A program made the position numbers and the translations under genes. 64,000 nt of DNA from Spirochaetia bacterium (lineage in GTDB: Bacteria > Spirochaetota > Spirochaetia > SZUA-6 > Bin103): positions 1,632,001 to 1,696,000 of the forward strand of contig OZ241863.1 of NCBI GenBank assembly GCA_965203055.1, written 5' to 3'. This document shows, in pieces, positions 27,079-37,142 of the stretch (its first letter is position 1; each line of letters opens with the position of its first letter). The notes below the pieces were generated by a model. That model did no database searches. It saw only the letters and a list, made by a program, of their open reading frames with translations, and had not been told where the DNA came from.

Positions 27079-28116
27079 TCACACTCCACCCTGCCGGACC
27101 TTGAAGCGGGCGATGATGTCGTCTACCCAGGCGTGATTGGCGTCCACGGTGCGGCCGGCAATGTGCGGCGTGTGGACCACGTTGTGGCGGCCCAGCAGCG
27201 GCGAGTCCAGCGGCACCGGCTCACCGTCCCGCCGCCCCGGCCCGATGCTGAACACGTCGGCGGCCAGCGCCAGTTCGTCGTTCAGCACCCGCCGGTACAG
27301 GGCGTCCAGGTCGCAGATGAAGGCGCGCGTGACCTGCACGACCAGGCAGCCGCGCGGCAATGCGTCGATCAGCTCGGCGCTGACGAGGTGATGGGTCTCC
27401 TCGGTAGGCGGCAGCATCGGCGCGAAGATTTGGGCGTCGCGGACCAGATCGGACAGCTCATGGCGGCGCTCGGCCTTGGCCAGGGTGAATGCGGCCTGCG
27501 CCGCGAACGGGTCCCACGCCGCCACTTTGGCGCCCAGGGCCGCGCACCAGGACGCATAGCGGCCGCCGATGTTGCCCAGGCCGGCCACCCGCACGCGCTT
27601 GCCGGCGATGGTGCCGTTGCTGAACCTGGTGTCGTCGCACATCTGGGATCCCGGCTGCCCCGGCTTGCCGGCCGCCGGCGTGAAGCGCCACGTCGCGTGC
27701 CCTTCCATCATGGCCGTGTAGCGTTGCGGTATCCGCCGCAGCGCGCAGATCGTCAGCCCCAGGCCGTATTCGGCGACCGACTGGCCCCAGTAGAGGTCTC
27801 GGCGGTGCGGAATGAAGCGCACGCCGCGCGCCTCGGCCGGCGCGACTCCCGCCGCCGAAAGCCGGCGGCCATGGTGGAAGTAGCACTCCTCCAGCGAACT
27901 GAACGGCTCCAGGTCCTCCGCCTCGCCGGGAAGGCCGAGCAACGCCAGCCGCCGCACCGCAGCGGGGTCCGGCACCAACTCCGGCGCCCGCGCCGCGGCC
28001 CGCCCGGTACGGAACAATTCGCAACCGCCCGCGCGCTGCCAGCGCCGGTGCCAATAGTCGGCCGCAAACGGCCAATGCCGCTCGAACCGTTCGTGGACGC
28101 AGATCACGGACCTCAT
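27079..28116 (-). CDS. D-isomer-specific 2-hydroxyacid dehydrogenase family protein
   Basis: SVAEYGLGL, GLGNIGG, WDPF, PPTEETHHLV, ADVF, TPHIAG. Confidence 0.88.
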   Translation of the reverse strand: MRSVICVHERFERHWPFAADYWHRRWQRAGGCELFRTGRAAARAPELVPDPAAVRRLALLGLPGEAEDLEPFSSLEECYFHHGRRLSAAGVAPAEARGVRFIPHRRDLYWGQSVAEYGLGLTICALRRIPQRYTAMMEGHATWRFTPAAGKPGQPGSQMCDDTRFSNGTIAGKRVRVAGLGNIGGRYASWCAALGAKVAAWDPFAAQAAFTLAKAERRHELSDLVRDAQIFAPMLPPTEETHHLVSAELIDALPRGCLVVQVTRAFICDLDALYRRVLNDELALAADVFSIGPGRRDGEPVPLDSPLLGRHNVVHTPHIAGRTVDANHAWVDDIIARFKVRQGGV

Positions 28117-28179
28117 CACCTGCAGGAGAGTGCGCCGAATCCGCGCGCGCGGCAACCGGCAGGACCGGCAGGCGGAGAG

Positions 28180-28207
28180 TTGACACCGGGCCGCCTCCGG
28201 TTACCAT
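28180..28207 (+). promoter_or_regulatory. Sigma70-like promoter (leaderless-type)
   Basis: TTGACA-16 nt-TACCAT, 8 nt before ATG 28216. Confidence 0.6.
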
Positions 28208-28215
28208 CCCGCAGC

Positions 28216-29112
28216 ATGCCGCCGCCATTGAACCCCCCGTCGATCACGATGCTCAACTCGATGGCCGCTCCCGAGTTCGAGACCGCGCTGGACCGGCACG
28301 TGGAATGGGGACTGAACCATCTGGACCTGAAGGATTCGATCTTCGGCAAGCGGGTCGCCGACCTGAGCGTGGCCGAGGCGCAGCGCGCCGCGGCGCTGAT
28401 CGACGCGCGCGGGCTGACGGTCCACTGCATGTCCACGCAACTGTTTCACGGTGACGTGGAGGTGGGCGAGGCCGCGTTCCGCAAAGCCCACCTGGAGCCG
28501 CTGGAGCGCGCCATCGAAGTCGCCGCGGTACTGCGGCCGAGCCTGTTCCGGCTGCTGTCCGCGCGCACCCGCCGGCGCGGCCAGGTAGCCGACAGCATCG
28601 CCTATCTGCGCAACGAGCAGCCGTGGGTGATCGCCTGCTACCGGGAGGCGGTGCGGCGGCTGGCCGCGGCCGGGCTGCAGGTCACGCTGGAAAACGAGTG
28701 CCACGCCAACCTCTTCGCCACCCCGGAGGAGGTGACCGGCTTCTTCGCCGAGCTGGACTGCGGCGCCGCCGTCAACCTGACCTGGGACGTGCAGAACATG
28801 TGGCAGATGGGCACCTTCCCGTCGCTGGAGGTCTACCGGCGGTTGCGCCCGCTGCTGGCCTACTACCACCTGAAGGGCGGGCAGGCGGAACCGGGCGGCG
28901 CTGCCCTGCGCTGGCGGTCCGGTCTGGAGGATGCCTCGTGGCCGGTCGTCGAGATCACCCGGCAGGTGGTGGCCGACGGCGCCAGCCCCGTGATCTGCCT
29001 CAACGCGCCGCACGGCGAACGCAAACCGGGTTACCCGTATCACGACCTGCTCGCGCGCGACCTGGCCTTCGTCCGGCGCGCGTTCGGCGCGCAATCGGCG
29101 GCTGGCCGGTGA
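28216..29112 (+). CDS. Sugar phosphate isomerase/epimerase (AP_endonuc_2 TIM-barrel) protein
   Basis: TLENECH, TWDVQN, YHLKG metal-site pattern. Confidence 0.75.
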   Translation: MPPPLNPPSITMLNSMAAPEFETALDRHVEWGLNHLDLKDSIFGKRVADLSVAEAQRAAALIDARGLTVHCMSTQLFHGDVEVGEAAFRKAHLEPLERAIEVAAVLRPSLFRLLSARTRRRGQVADSIAYLRNEQPWVIACYREAVRRLAAAGLQVTLENECHANLFATPEEVTGFFAELDCGAAVNLTWDVQNMWQMGTFPSLEVYRRLRPLLAYYHLKGGQAEPGGAALRWRSGLEDASWPVVEITRQVVADGASPVICLNAPHGERKPGYPYHDLLARDLAFVRRAFGAQSAAGR

Positions 29113-30146
29113 GCTACCAGCGCGAGTTCGAGCGGCGCCTGAACGTCGCCGTGGTGGGGGTCGGCTCGCACGGCTACCGCAACGTCCTGCCTACCCTGCA
29201 CTACCTGCCGGTACGGCTGCGGGCGCTGTGCGACCGGAACCTGGAGTTGGCGCGGCGGACCGCCGCGGAGTACGGCGCGCCGGCCTGCTACGCCAGCCCC
29301 GCCGAGATGTACCGCAACGAGGAGTTGGACGCCGTGTTCCTGTGCGTCGGGGCGCGGCTGCACCCGGAACTCGCCTGCGAGGCGCTGGCCGCCGGGCTGC
29401 ACGTGTGGATGGAGAAGCCGGCCGCGACCCGCGCCGCGGAGGTGGAAGCGATCATGGCGCAGCGCCGCGACCGCGTGGTGGTAGTGGGGCTGAAGAAGGC
29501 GTTCCTGCCGGCCACCCGCAAGGTGATCGAAATCATGGCGAGCGACGAGTGCGGGCCGCTGCAGGGCATGGCCGCGGAGTATCGGCTGCGGCTGCCGGCG
29601 GACGGCGCCGCGGTGTTGGCCGACCCGCGGCGGCGCAACCCGTTCGCCGACGCGTGCCACCCGCTCGCTCTGATGCTGGCCGTGGGCGGCGAGGTCGGCG
29701 CGGTGACGATGCACCGTACCCGAACTCAGGTGGGGGCCTGCGTGCTGGAGTTCACCGGCGGCGCGGTGGGCACGTTCAGCCTGGTGTCGGCGCCGACGCT
29801 GCCATTGGAGCGCTACTCGTTCTGGGGCAACTGGCACCTCAGCATCGACAACGGCTGCCGGGTCACGGTGCGGCGCGGCATCCCGTTCTCATACGGGCGC
29901 ACCACCAGCTTCGCGCCGCCCGGCATCGACTCGGGGGCGGTGGTGTGGGAACCGCAGCACACCCTGGCCACGCTGGAAAACAAGGCGCTGTTCATCCAGG
30001 GCTTCTACCACGAGATGCGCTATTTCTGCGATTGCGCGCTGGCGGACCGGCCGGCGCAGCAGGGCTCGCTGGAGTTCACCCTGCACCTGATGCGCGTCTA
30101 CGAGGCGGCGCTGCGGTCCGAGGGCAGCCGGGTGGCGCTCGGCTGA
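29109..30146 (+). CDS. Gfo/Idh/MocA family oxidoreductase
   Basis: [32 protein letters not shown] overlap. Confidence 0.88.
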   Translation: MSYQREFERRLNVAVVGVGSHGYRNVLPTLHYLPVRLRALCDRNLELARRTAAEYGAPACYASPAEMYRNEELDAVFLCVGARLHPELACEALAAGLHVWMEKPAATRAAEVEAIMAQRRDRVVVVGLKKAFLPATRKVIEIMASDECGPLQGMAAEYRLRLPADGAAVLADPRRRNPFADACHPLALMLAVGGEVGAVTMHRTRTQVGACVLEFTGGAVGTFSLVSAPTLPLERYSFWGNWHLSIDNGCRVTVRRGIPFSYGRTTSFAPPGIDSGAVVWEPQHTLATLENKALFIQGFYHEMRYFCDCALADRPAQQGSLEFTLHLMRVYEAALRSEGSRVALG

Positions 30147-30188
30147 GCAGCCTCGCCGCCGGGCGGCGCCGGCGCGCCGCTCCCTCCA

Positions 30189-30261
30189 TGAGCCGCGACG
30201 GATTCGAACCGTCGACCCACAGCTTAAAAGGCTGTTGCTCTACCGGCTGAGCTAGCGGCCC
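30189..30261 (-). tRNA. tRNA-Lys(TTT)
   Basis: GGGCCGC TA GCTC AGCCGGTA GAGC A ACAGC CT-TTT-AA GCTGT GGGTC GACGG TTCGAAT CCGTC GCGGCTC A. Confidence 0.96.
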
Positions 30262-30291
30262 GGGTGAAGCGCCAATGTAGAGGTCCGGCCG

Positions 30292-31053
30292 CTACCGTGT
30301 AAACCGGCGCGCGCGGTGATTGCGGTGATTGGCCGGCGTGTCGAGCTGCGCGCGGACCGTGCTCAAGGCGCGCTCCAGCCGTTCCCGCATGTCGGCCGTG
30401 AACGGGTTGTAGCGCTGCAGATCGAGAAACAGTTGCAGCGAGTCGTTGCAGGTCTGTTCCACGATCGCGCGCAGCATGCGGTAGCCGACGGTCGAAATGG
30501 CGGACTCGTTGAGGCCCATTTCCGCCAGCACCCGTCCCAGATAGTGGGTGATGCCCTGCGTGAAGGCGGCTTCGCGGTCGTGCTGTTCCGCGCTCATCAT
30601 TACCACCCGCAGGCCCATCCCGGCGAAGCGCGTCCGCCACTCTTGCAACCGGGGCGCGGAGATGCGCACCGGACAGAGAATCATCGGCTGGCCGGCGATC
30701 CCCTTGCGCGCCGAATCGGGGCCGAACATCGGATGGGTGGCCAGGAGCTGCACCGGCGGCCGCAACCGCCGCTGCATCGCCTGCGCCGCGAAGCCCTTGA
30801 TGGAACAGGTGTCCATTACCAGGGTACGCGGCCCGAGGTGCGGGGCGATGCGGTCGACCACTTCTTCCAGCGCGGAAATGGCGACGCACAGGATCACTAC
30901 CGGACAGCGCAATACCTGGCGCTCCGACGCCATGCGGACGCCGGCCGGCGGCCGATGGAGGCGGCGCGAGTAGGCGCACACGGCGAAGTGACGAGCGAGC
31001 TGCGCAGCCCAGAACACGCCAAAGCGCCCCAGACCGTAGAGGCCGACCTGCAC
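30292..31053 (-). CDS. tyrA: Prephenate/arogenate dehydrogenase
   Basis: GLYGLGRFG, MDTCSIK, THPMFGPDS, EQHDREAAFTQGITH. Confidence 0.88.
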   Translation of the reverse strand: MQVGLYGLGRFGVFWAAQLARHFAVCAYSRRLHRPPAGVRMASERQVLRCPVVILCVAISALEEVVDRIAPHLGPRTLVMDTCSIKGFAAQAMQRRLRPPVQLLATHPMFGPDSARKGIAGQPMILCPVRISAPRLQEWRTRFAGMGLRVVMMSAEQHDREAAFTQGITHYLGRVLAEMGLNESAISTVGYRMLRAIVEQTCNDSLQLFLDLQRYNPFTADMRERLERALSTVRAQLDTPANHRNHRARRFTR

Positions 31054-31060
31054 GGCCCGC

Positions 31061-31089
31061 ATCATACGGAGGGGCTCGGCCGCCGGCAA
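31061..31089 (-). promoter_or_regulatory. Sigma70-like promoter for tyrA (leaderless-type)
   Basis: TTGCCG-17 nt-TATGAT, 7 nt before GTG 31053. Confidence 0.6.
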
Positions 31090-31133
31090 GACGCGCCCGG
31101 CCGAAACGCGCCGCAACGCGCGCCCGCGCGTCC

Positions 31134-31163
31134 TTGGCCGAGGCCGCCGCGGCGCGCTATGAT
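31134..31163 (+). promoter_or_regulatory. Sigma70-like promoter for dapB-dapA (leaderless-type)
   Basis: TTGGCC-18 nt-TATGAT, 6 nt before ATG 31170. Confidence 0.6.
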
Positions 31164-31169
31164 GCGCGC

Positions 31170-31940
31170 ATGAGAATTGCCCTGGTCGGATATGGCCGGA
31201 TGGGCCGCGCGGCCGGCGAGGCGGCGGCCGCCGCCGGCCATCAGGTGGTAGCGCGGATCGACCCCGCGGCGGGCGATGCCGACGCGGCCGAGCTGACCGC
31301 CGGCCATGCCGCCGCGGCCGACGTCGCCATCGAATTCAGCGGCGCGGAGGGAGTGGTCGAGAACGCCCGCCGCTACGTCCGCTTCGGCCTCAGCGCGGTG
31401 GTCGGCACCACCGGCTGGCACGAACGCCTCGCGGAGGTGAGCGCCATCGTCGCCGCCGGCTCCTGCGGCTACCTGCATGCCGCCAACTTCTCCCTGGGCG
31501 TGCAACTGTTCATGCGCCTGGCGGCGCGGGCGACGGCCCTGCTGGACCCGTTCGACGACTACGACTTGGCCATCTTCGAGCGCCACCACCGGCGCAAGGC
31601 GGACTCGCCGTCGGGCACCGCCCTGAGCCTCGCGCAGGCGGTGCTGGACTCCAGCTCGCGCAAGCGGCGGGTGGCGACCGAACGCCTCGACCGGGCGATT
31701 GCGGGCGACGAGTTGCACGTGGCCGCGGTGCGCGGCGGCGAGGATCCGGGCACCCATACATTGGTATTCGATTCCCCGGACGACACCATCGAGCTGACCC
31801 ACCGGGCGCGCGGGCGCGCCGCGCTGGCCGCCGGGGCGCTGCGCAGCGCGGCCTGGCTCACGGCCGAGCCGCGCAAGACCGGCATCTACGGCATCGACGA
31901 CCTGATCGACGATCTGATCAACCAACTGGAGGCAGACTGA
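31170..31940 (+). CDS. dapB: 4-hydroxy-tetrahydrodipicolinate reductase
   Basis: GYGRMG, VVGTTG, ANFSLGV, ERHHRRKADSPSGTA, HRARGR. Confidence 0.95.
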   Translation: MRIALVGYGRMGRAAGEAAAAAGHQVVARIDPAAGDADAAELTAGHAAAADVAIEFSGAEGVVENARRYVRFGLSAVVGTTGWHERLAEVSAIVAAGSCGYLHAANFSLGVQLFMRLAARATALLDPFDDYDLAIFERHHRRKADSPSGTALSLAQAVLDSSSRKRRVATERLDRAIAGDELHVAAVRGGEDPGTHTLVFDSPDDTIELTHRARGRAALAAGALRSAAWLTAEPRKTGIYGIDDLIDDLINQLEAD

Positions 31941-32818
31941 TGTTCGAAGGCACCTTTACCGCTCTGGTGACGCCGTTCACCACCTCGGGCGAGTTGGACC
32001 GCGGCGCGCTCAAGGCGCTGGTGGAACGGCAGATCGCGGCCGGCATCACCGGCCTGGTTCCGGTCGGCACCACCGGCGAGAGTCCCACGCTGACCAACGA
32101 CGAACACCATGCGGTGATCCGGCTGGTGACGGAGCAGGCGGCGGGGCGGGTGCCGGTGATTGCCGGCTGTGGTTCCAACAACACCGCGGAGGCGTTGGAG
32201 CACACCCGGCTGGCCAAGGAGGTGGGAGCCCAGGCCAGCCTGCACGTCGCCGGCTACTACAACAAGCCCTCCGCCGACGGCTTCCTGCGGCACTTCCGGC
32301 TGATCGCGGACCGCGTCGATCTGCCCCTCATCGTCTACAACATCCCCGGCCGCACCGGCAAGAACATCGACAACGAAACGATGCTGGCCCTCGCCGACCA
32401 CCCCAACATCGTCGGCGTCAAGGAGGCCAGCGGCGACTTCAAGCAGATCATGGATCTGCTGCGGCGCCGGCCGCAAGGGTTCACCGTGCTGTCCGGCGAC
32501 GACGAAGTCACGCTGCCGATCATGGCCCTGGGCGGCAACGGGGTGATCTCGGTCACCAGCAACCTGCTGCCGGAGAAGATGGTGGCGCTGGTGGAGCGCA
32601 TGCGGGCCGGCGACGGCGCCGGGGCGCGCGCGATCCATTATCAGCTTCTGCCGGTGATTACCGCGCTCATGGGGCTGGACACCAACCCCATTCCGATCAA
32701 GGGCGCCATGGAGATGGTCGGTCTGATCGAAGCGAACTACCGCCTGCCGATGACCCCGCTTACCGAGCGGGCCAAGGCGGAGCTGCAAAGCGTCCTGAAC
32801 CAATACGACCCCGACTGA
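31940..32818 (+). CDS. dapA: 4-hydroxy-tetrahydrodipicolinate synthase
   Basis: TALVTPF, GTTGES, YYNKPS, YNIPGRTG, GVKEASG, SGDD, TNPIPIK. Confidence 0.97.
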   Translation: MFEGTFTALVTPFTTSGELDRGALKALVERQIAAGITGLVPVGTTGESPTLTNDEHHAVIRLVTEQAAGRVPVIAGCGSNNTAEALEHTRLAKEVGAQASLHVAGYYNKPSADGFLRHFRLIADRVDLPLIVYNIPGRTGKNIDNETMLALADHPNIVGVKEASGDFKQIMDLLRRRPQGFTVLSGDDEVTLPIMALGGNGVISVTSNLLPEKMVALVERMRAGDGAGARAIHYQLLPVITALMGLDTNPIPIKGAMEMVGLIEANYRLPMTPLTERAKAELQSVLNQYDPD

Positions 32819-32827
32819 CCCCCCACC

Positions 32828-33742
32828 CTACGCCGGCGGCTCCTGGCCGGGGCACTCCTCCTCGAGCAGCGGGCCGGCGGCGTCCACCGCCGCTCCGGCC
32901 GCGGCCAGCGCGTTGGCCAGGCGAATGACGGTGGCCGGCGCCAACTCTTCCGCGCGGCGCCCGGCGTCCACCCCCGCGGCCTCCACCGCGTCCAGCAGCC
33001 GCGCCTTGCTCAGGCCGAAGCCGTCGTGCGACAACAGGTTGTTGCGCAAGGTCTTGCGCCGCGTGCGGAAGGCCGTGCGGATCAGCGCGAACAACACCGA
33101 GCGATTGCTCACCCGGCGCCGGCCGGAGCCTGCCCGCAGCTCGATCACCGCGGAGGTCACCTCCGGCGCCGGGTAGAAGGTGCCCGGCGCCAGCTCGCCG
33201 TGCTCGGCAACTTCACTCAGACACTGGCAGAGCACCGACAGGGAGGAGTAATTGCGCGTCCCGGGGCGCGCCGTGAGCCGCTCGGCCAGTTCCCGCTGGA
33301 CGGTGAACACGCAGTTAACCCCAATGGCGTCATGCTGCACCAGCGCGGCGATGATGGCGGCGGAACAACGGTAGGGCAGATTGCCGACGATCCGACTCGG
33401 CGGCCCATGCTCGGCGCGCGCCTGCCGCCAGGTGCGCAGGAAGTCGCCCGCCACGATCGCCACCTGCGGCTGGCCGGCCAGCTCCTCCCGCAGATGGCGA
33501 ATCAGGCCGTGGTCGATCTCGAACAGCACCAGCCGCGCGCAGCGCGGCGCCAGCTCGCCGGTCACGGCGCCGAGTCCCGGTCCGATTTCCCACACCGTGT
33601 CGCCGGCGCGCGGCGCGAGGGTGTCCACCAGCTTGGCGCGGGTGCGCGGGTTGAGCATGAAGTTCTGGCCCCAACGCTTCTTCGGCTCCACTCCCAGGCG
33701 GCGCAGCGCGGCGCGCACCTCGGCCGGCGAGTTGTGGTTCAC
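32828..33742 (-). CDS. rsmA: 16S rRNA m6,2A dimethyltransferase RsmA/KsgA
   Basis: KKRWGQNF, EIGPGLG, FEID, GNLPY, FYPAPEVTS, RRKTLRNNL. Confidence 0.95.
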   Translation of the reverse strand: MNHNSPAEVRAALRRLGVEPKKRWGQNFMLNPRTRAKLVDTLAPRAGDTVWEIGPGLGAVTGELAPRCARLVLFEIDHGLIRHLREELAGQPQVAIVAGDFLRTWRQARAEHGPPSRIVGNLPYRCSAAIIAALVQHDAIGVNCVFTVQRELAERLTARPGTRNYSSLSVLCQCLSEVAEHGELAPGTFYPAPEVTSAVIELRAGSGRRRVSNRSVLFALIRTAFRTRRKTLRNNLLSHDGFGLSKARLLDAVEAAGVDAGRRAEELAPATVIRLANALAAAGAAVDAAGPLLEEECPGQEPPA

Positions 33743-35145
33743 CAGCGAATTCCCGGCGCCTGCCCGAACAGATCGTTGAGCATCGTGAGCCCACTATACA
33801 ACAGGTTCAGCACGTAGTGGGCCAGCGGCTGCAGGCCGCCCGCGCTCACCTCCGCCAGCCCGACGCCGGCGATGCCGGTCCACAGGAACAGCGCGGTATA
33901 GGGCACCATCACCAGCCCCGACACGACGCCGATGGGATGCGCCCGGCCGAACACGGCGAGTACCAGCGGCAGCGTAGCCGCCTGCGCGCCGGCCGCCATT
34001 CCCATGGCGGAACGCAGACCCGGCGGCAGGCAGGCGGGAAGCCGCCGCGCGATCCGGGGGCCGAGCTGCAGGATGCCGAGCAGGGCCGCGTAGGAGAGCT
34101 GGAACGACAGGTCGCGCACCACGCTCGGATCGGTCGCCACGACCACGATCGCCGACAGCGCCAGCAGGTGGAGGGAGCGCGGGCGCCGGCCCAGGGCGGC
34201 CGCCAGCCGCCCCAGCGCCAGCATCATGGTCGCCCGCGCCAGCGACGGGCGGGTGCCGGCCAGCTCGACGTACAGGAACACCGCTCCCAGGGCGATGCCC
34301 GCCGCCAGCGCCGGCCACAGGCGCTGCCGGCGCGGCGCGGCCAGCATCCCGGCCATGGCGATGCCGCGCCCGACGCCGCCGGCCAGCGCGTACACCAGTC
34401 CCACGTGCAGGCCGGACAGGGCCAGCAGGTGGAGCGCCCCGGCGCGCCGGAACGCTTCCACTTCCTCCGCCCGCAGATGCTGCCGGTCGCCCAGCAGTAC
34501 CGCCAGCAGCAGGGCGGCGCCGGGCCCGCCCGGGGCCAGGATCATCCGCTCCGCGGCGGCTCGGGCGCGCGCCCGGACCGCCGCCGCGGGTCCGGCGTAG
34601 GAGGCCCAGGCGAGCTGCCCGCCGGCCGCCCGCAGCCGGCCCGCGGCGCCGCGCCGCAAGGTCACCCCGCGCACCACCACCCGGCGCCCGCGGTAGCCGC
34701 GCTCGGCCGGCGCCGCGGCGAAGGCGGCGTCGATGGTGAAGCGCGCGGAGGCGGTCGCTGCCAGGCGCGTCGACGCCACCCGATCCACCGCAATGCGGTA
34801 GCGTCCGCCGGCGCCGGACGGGCGGTCGTCCCGGACCAGCACCCCGTGCAGCTCGTCGATGGCCGCCGGCGGCAGCCCTGCCCCGTCGCCGGCGCGGCGC
34901 GCCACGGCTCCCAGCTCCAGCCCGCCGGCCAACGCGCAGCCGGCCGCCGCCGCCAGCAACGTCCGCTGCCCGCGCCGCCGCGCGGGCAGCACGGCCGCCG
35001 CCGCCGCGGCCAACAGCGCCGGCCCGGCCAACCACAGCGCCGCGCCGGCGCTCGGCGCCGCCGGCGGGAAGCGCGCCGCGGCCAGCAGGCAGGCCACCGC
35101 CGCCGCGGCCGCCGCCACCGCCGGCGCGGGCCGAGTGAGCGCCAT
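33739..35145 (-). CDS. comEC: ComEC/Rec2 family competence protein
   Basis: AVLLGDR, AGALHLLALSGLHV, PSLARA, SFQLSY; start uncertain. Confidence 0.88.
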   Translation of the reverse strand: MALTRPAPAVAAAAAAVACLLAAARFPPAAPSAGAALWLAGPALLAAAAAAVLPARRRGQRTLLAAAAGCALAGGLELGAVARRAGDGAGLPPAAIDELHGVLVRDDRPSGAGGRYRIAVDRVASTRLAATASARFTIDAAFAAAPAERGYRGRRVVVRGVTLRRGAAGRLRAAGGQLAWASYAGPAAAVRARARAAAERMILAPGGPGAALLLAVLLGDRQHLRAEEVEAFRRAGALHLLALSGLHVGLVYALAGGVGRGIAMAGMLAAPRRQRLWPALAAGIALGAVFLYVELAGTRPSLARATMMLALGRLAAALGRRPRSLHLLALSAIVVVATDPSVVRDLSFQLSYAALLGILQLGPRIARRLPACLPPGLRSAMGMAAGAQAATLPLVLAVFGRAHPIGVVSGLVMVPYTALFLWTGIAGVGLAEVSAGGLQPLAHYVLNLLYSGLTMLNDLFGQAPGIRW

Positions 35146-35147
35146 GG

Positions 35148-35198
35148 GTAACTTGGGTAACTTGAGTAACGACACGCGGGCCACCAACCGGTACAACG
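35148..35198 (+). repeat. ~50-bp imperfect direct repeat, left copy (partner 39253-39303)
   Basis: GTAACTTGGGTAACTTGAGTAACGACACGCGGGCCACCAACCGGTACAACG. Confidence 0.7.
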
Positions 35199-35258
35199 GC
35201 CCCGCCGCGCCGGCGCTTCTAAAACCGGAGGAAGAACCAACGACGAACGACCCGTGAC

Positions 35259-35288
35259 TTGCAAGCTCCCCCGGCGCCGGCGTAGAGT
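35259..35288 (+). promoter_or_regulatory. Sigma70-like promoter for the lipoprotein gene (leaderless-type)
   Basis: TTGCAA-18 nt-TAGAGT, 7 nt before ATG 35296. Confidence 0.5.
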
Positions 35289-35295
35289 CGCGCCC

Positions 35296-36965
35296 ATGGA
35301 CCCCGCCGGCCGTTCCCCGTTGCATCACGCTTCCGTCGTCTCGTGTGCCAGGCTGGTCGCGACCGGGGCGGCGCTCCTCGGTCTGGCGGCCGCCTCTTCG
35401 TTCGGCCTCGGCGCCTGCTCAGCCGCCGCCCCGGCCGACCCCGCGTTTACCCCCCCCCCCCCCCCCCCCCCCCCCGAAAACCCGACCGAACCCGTAACTC
35501 CTACCGAACCGACTGAACCGACGACTCCACAGGATCCGACAGAGCCCGTTGATCCTATCCCGCCGCCTGCGGGCGGCGGCGGTCCTTCCGGGGGTGGAGG
35601 ACCTTCCGGGGGTGGTCCGTCAGGAGGAGGGGGACCTCCGCCTGCAACTCCTCCGCAGCCGAACAGGGCACCGATAATAACTTAACTTCAAGTCCGGTCA
35701 CGGAAGTTAATGAAAGTTCCGATTACAGATATCAGGTTACCGCAAGGGATCCCGACGGGGACGACATGAATTATAGTCTGCCGACGAAACCCGCGTGGCT
35801 TTCAATGAATTCATCGGGACTGATTACCGGGACGGCTCCTTCCGTGAGTTCTGACACGAACGTTAATCTTGAAGCGAGGGTTTCCGACGGGCAGGAAACG
35901 ACGAGCCATTCTTTCGCGGTTTCGGTTAAGGACGTGCCGACGCTGAGCGTTTCGGGGACTTTGCAGGACAGCGAGACGGACACGGGAAAAGCCGGGGAAG
36001 TCAGGGCGTATAAAAACAACGGCGACGGGACTTATACTTTACTGAAAAAAACGACGGCGGGAAGCAACGGTGCGTTTTCAATGTCGTTCAGTCACAGGGG
36101 AAATTTTGACTTGCAGGCAAGACTGAAACAGGGAACGGCTGACAAGAGTTACGTGAGGACGATACCGACGTCATCAACTTCAACTTTAACGGGACTGACG
36201 ATAAGGGCGGTTCCTTACACGGACCTTTCGGAAACTCAAACGGTAAGTGCCACTGATACAATCGTAAGCATACCCGAATTCAAGTCATTCATGGAAGACG
36301 TTAATAACCATGCCTCTAATCGTGCCGGCGGAGGATTCATGAGGTGGAATTTGGACAATTTTAACGGGGTTGAAATTTTAAGGGAAAATCCGACGGTAAA
36401 CACGGGAATTTTTGACACGACGAAGCAGAATTACATAGCAAATAAAATAAAGGCATCGGATGACGTAGCGTTATTGTTTGACGGAAGAACGGTAACGGTG
36501 CAGAAGGACGCCACGAGAACGGCTCAGGACGCGAACAAGAAATACACGGTTACGGGAAGCACGATAACGCCTGACACGGGCTGGATTGTCGTCGTTCCGG
36601 TGCATGATTATGTTGCTTCAGGCGGGGCGACGGGAGGAGATTCAGACAATGACGGTTACATTGACAGATACAGAATTGATTTAAAATCAAACTCATCCAC
36701 TAATTATACAGACGTCAGCAGAGTAATAACGCACGAATTTGCCCATGCGACTCTTTATCCCGGGGGTGACGTTACGATGGGACATACAAGCAGGCTGATT
36801 AATGATCAGTCAATTACTTCCACGGGTTCCGTTACGCCGAGACAGGCATGCACGAAGCCATGCACTTTTGACCAGAAGGCTGCCAAGTTGATTTACGAAT
36901 CTACCTTTGCCGTGGGGACGCCTTATAGTGAGATTCTGGGGACTGCGTGGCGGACCAACGAATAG
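35296..36965 (+). pseudogene. Frameshifted lipoprotein: lipobox, Pro/Thr/Gly linker, putative Ig (He_PIG-like) domain, HExxH metallopeptidase-like C-terminus
   Basis: LGLAAASSFGLGACS lipobox. NRAPIIT* (35685) continues in another frame as SSPVTEVNESSDYRYQVTARDPDGDDMNYSLPTKPAWLSMNSSGLITGTAP. VITHEFAH near the end. Break is a TAACT duplication at 35678-35687. Confidence 0.8.
35450..35475 (+). repeat. Poly-C homopolymer (26 C)
   Basis: Direct count; in frame, read as T-PPPPPPPP. Confidence 0.95.
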
Positions 36966-37054
36966 CCTGCGCCCCTCGCCCACCCCACCGGTGCGCCGCC
37001 CCCTCTGCCAGCCTCGCGCCGCCGGTCGCCGCGGCGCCGCCGGGACGGCGCGGC

Positions 37055-37142
37055 CCGCCAACGGTGTCTGCGGCCGCAGACCGCGCGGCGTCAGCGACGG
37101 CGGGGTCCGCCAACGGTGTCTGCCGCCACAGACCGCGCGGCG
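37055..37142. repeat. Two 36-bp direct repeats with an internal palindrome
   Basis: CCGCCAACGGTGTCTGCGGCCGCAGACCGCGCGGCG (37055-37090) and CCGCCAACGGTGTCTGCCGCCACAGACCGCGCGGCG (37107-37142). Confidence 0.75.

Noticed and set aside
24686..27136. Long antisense or alternative-frame ORFs (e.g. 816 aa here, 801 aa at 59804-62209, 532 aa at 5839-7437)
   Set aside because: Shadows of well-supported genes; stop codons are rare at this GC content and no motifs are recognisable.
37055..37142. CRISPR array of 36-bp palindromic repeats
   Set aside because: Two copies only, 16-bp spacer is too short, no cas genes.
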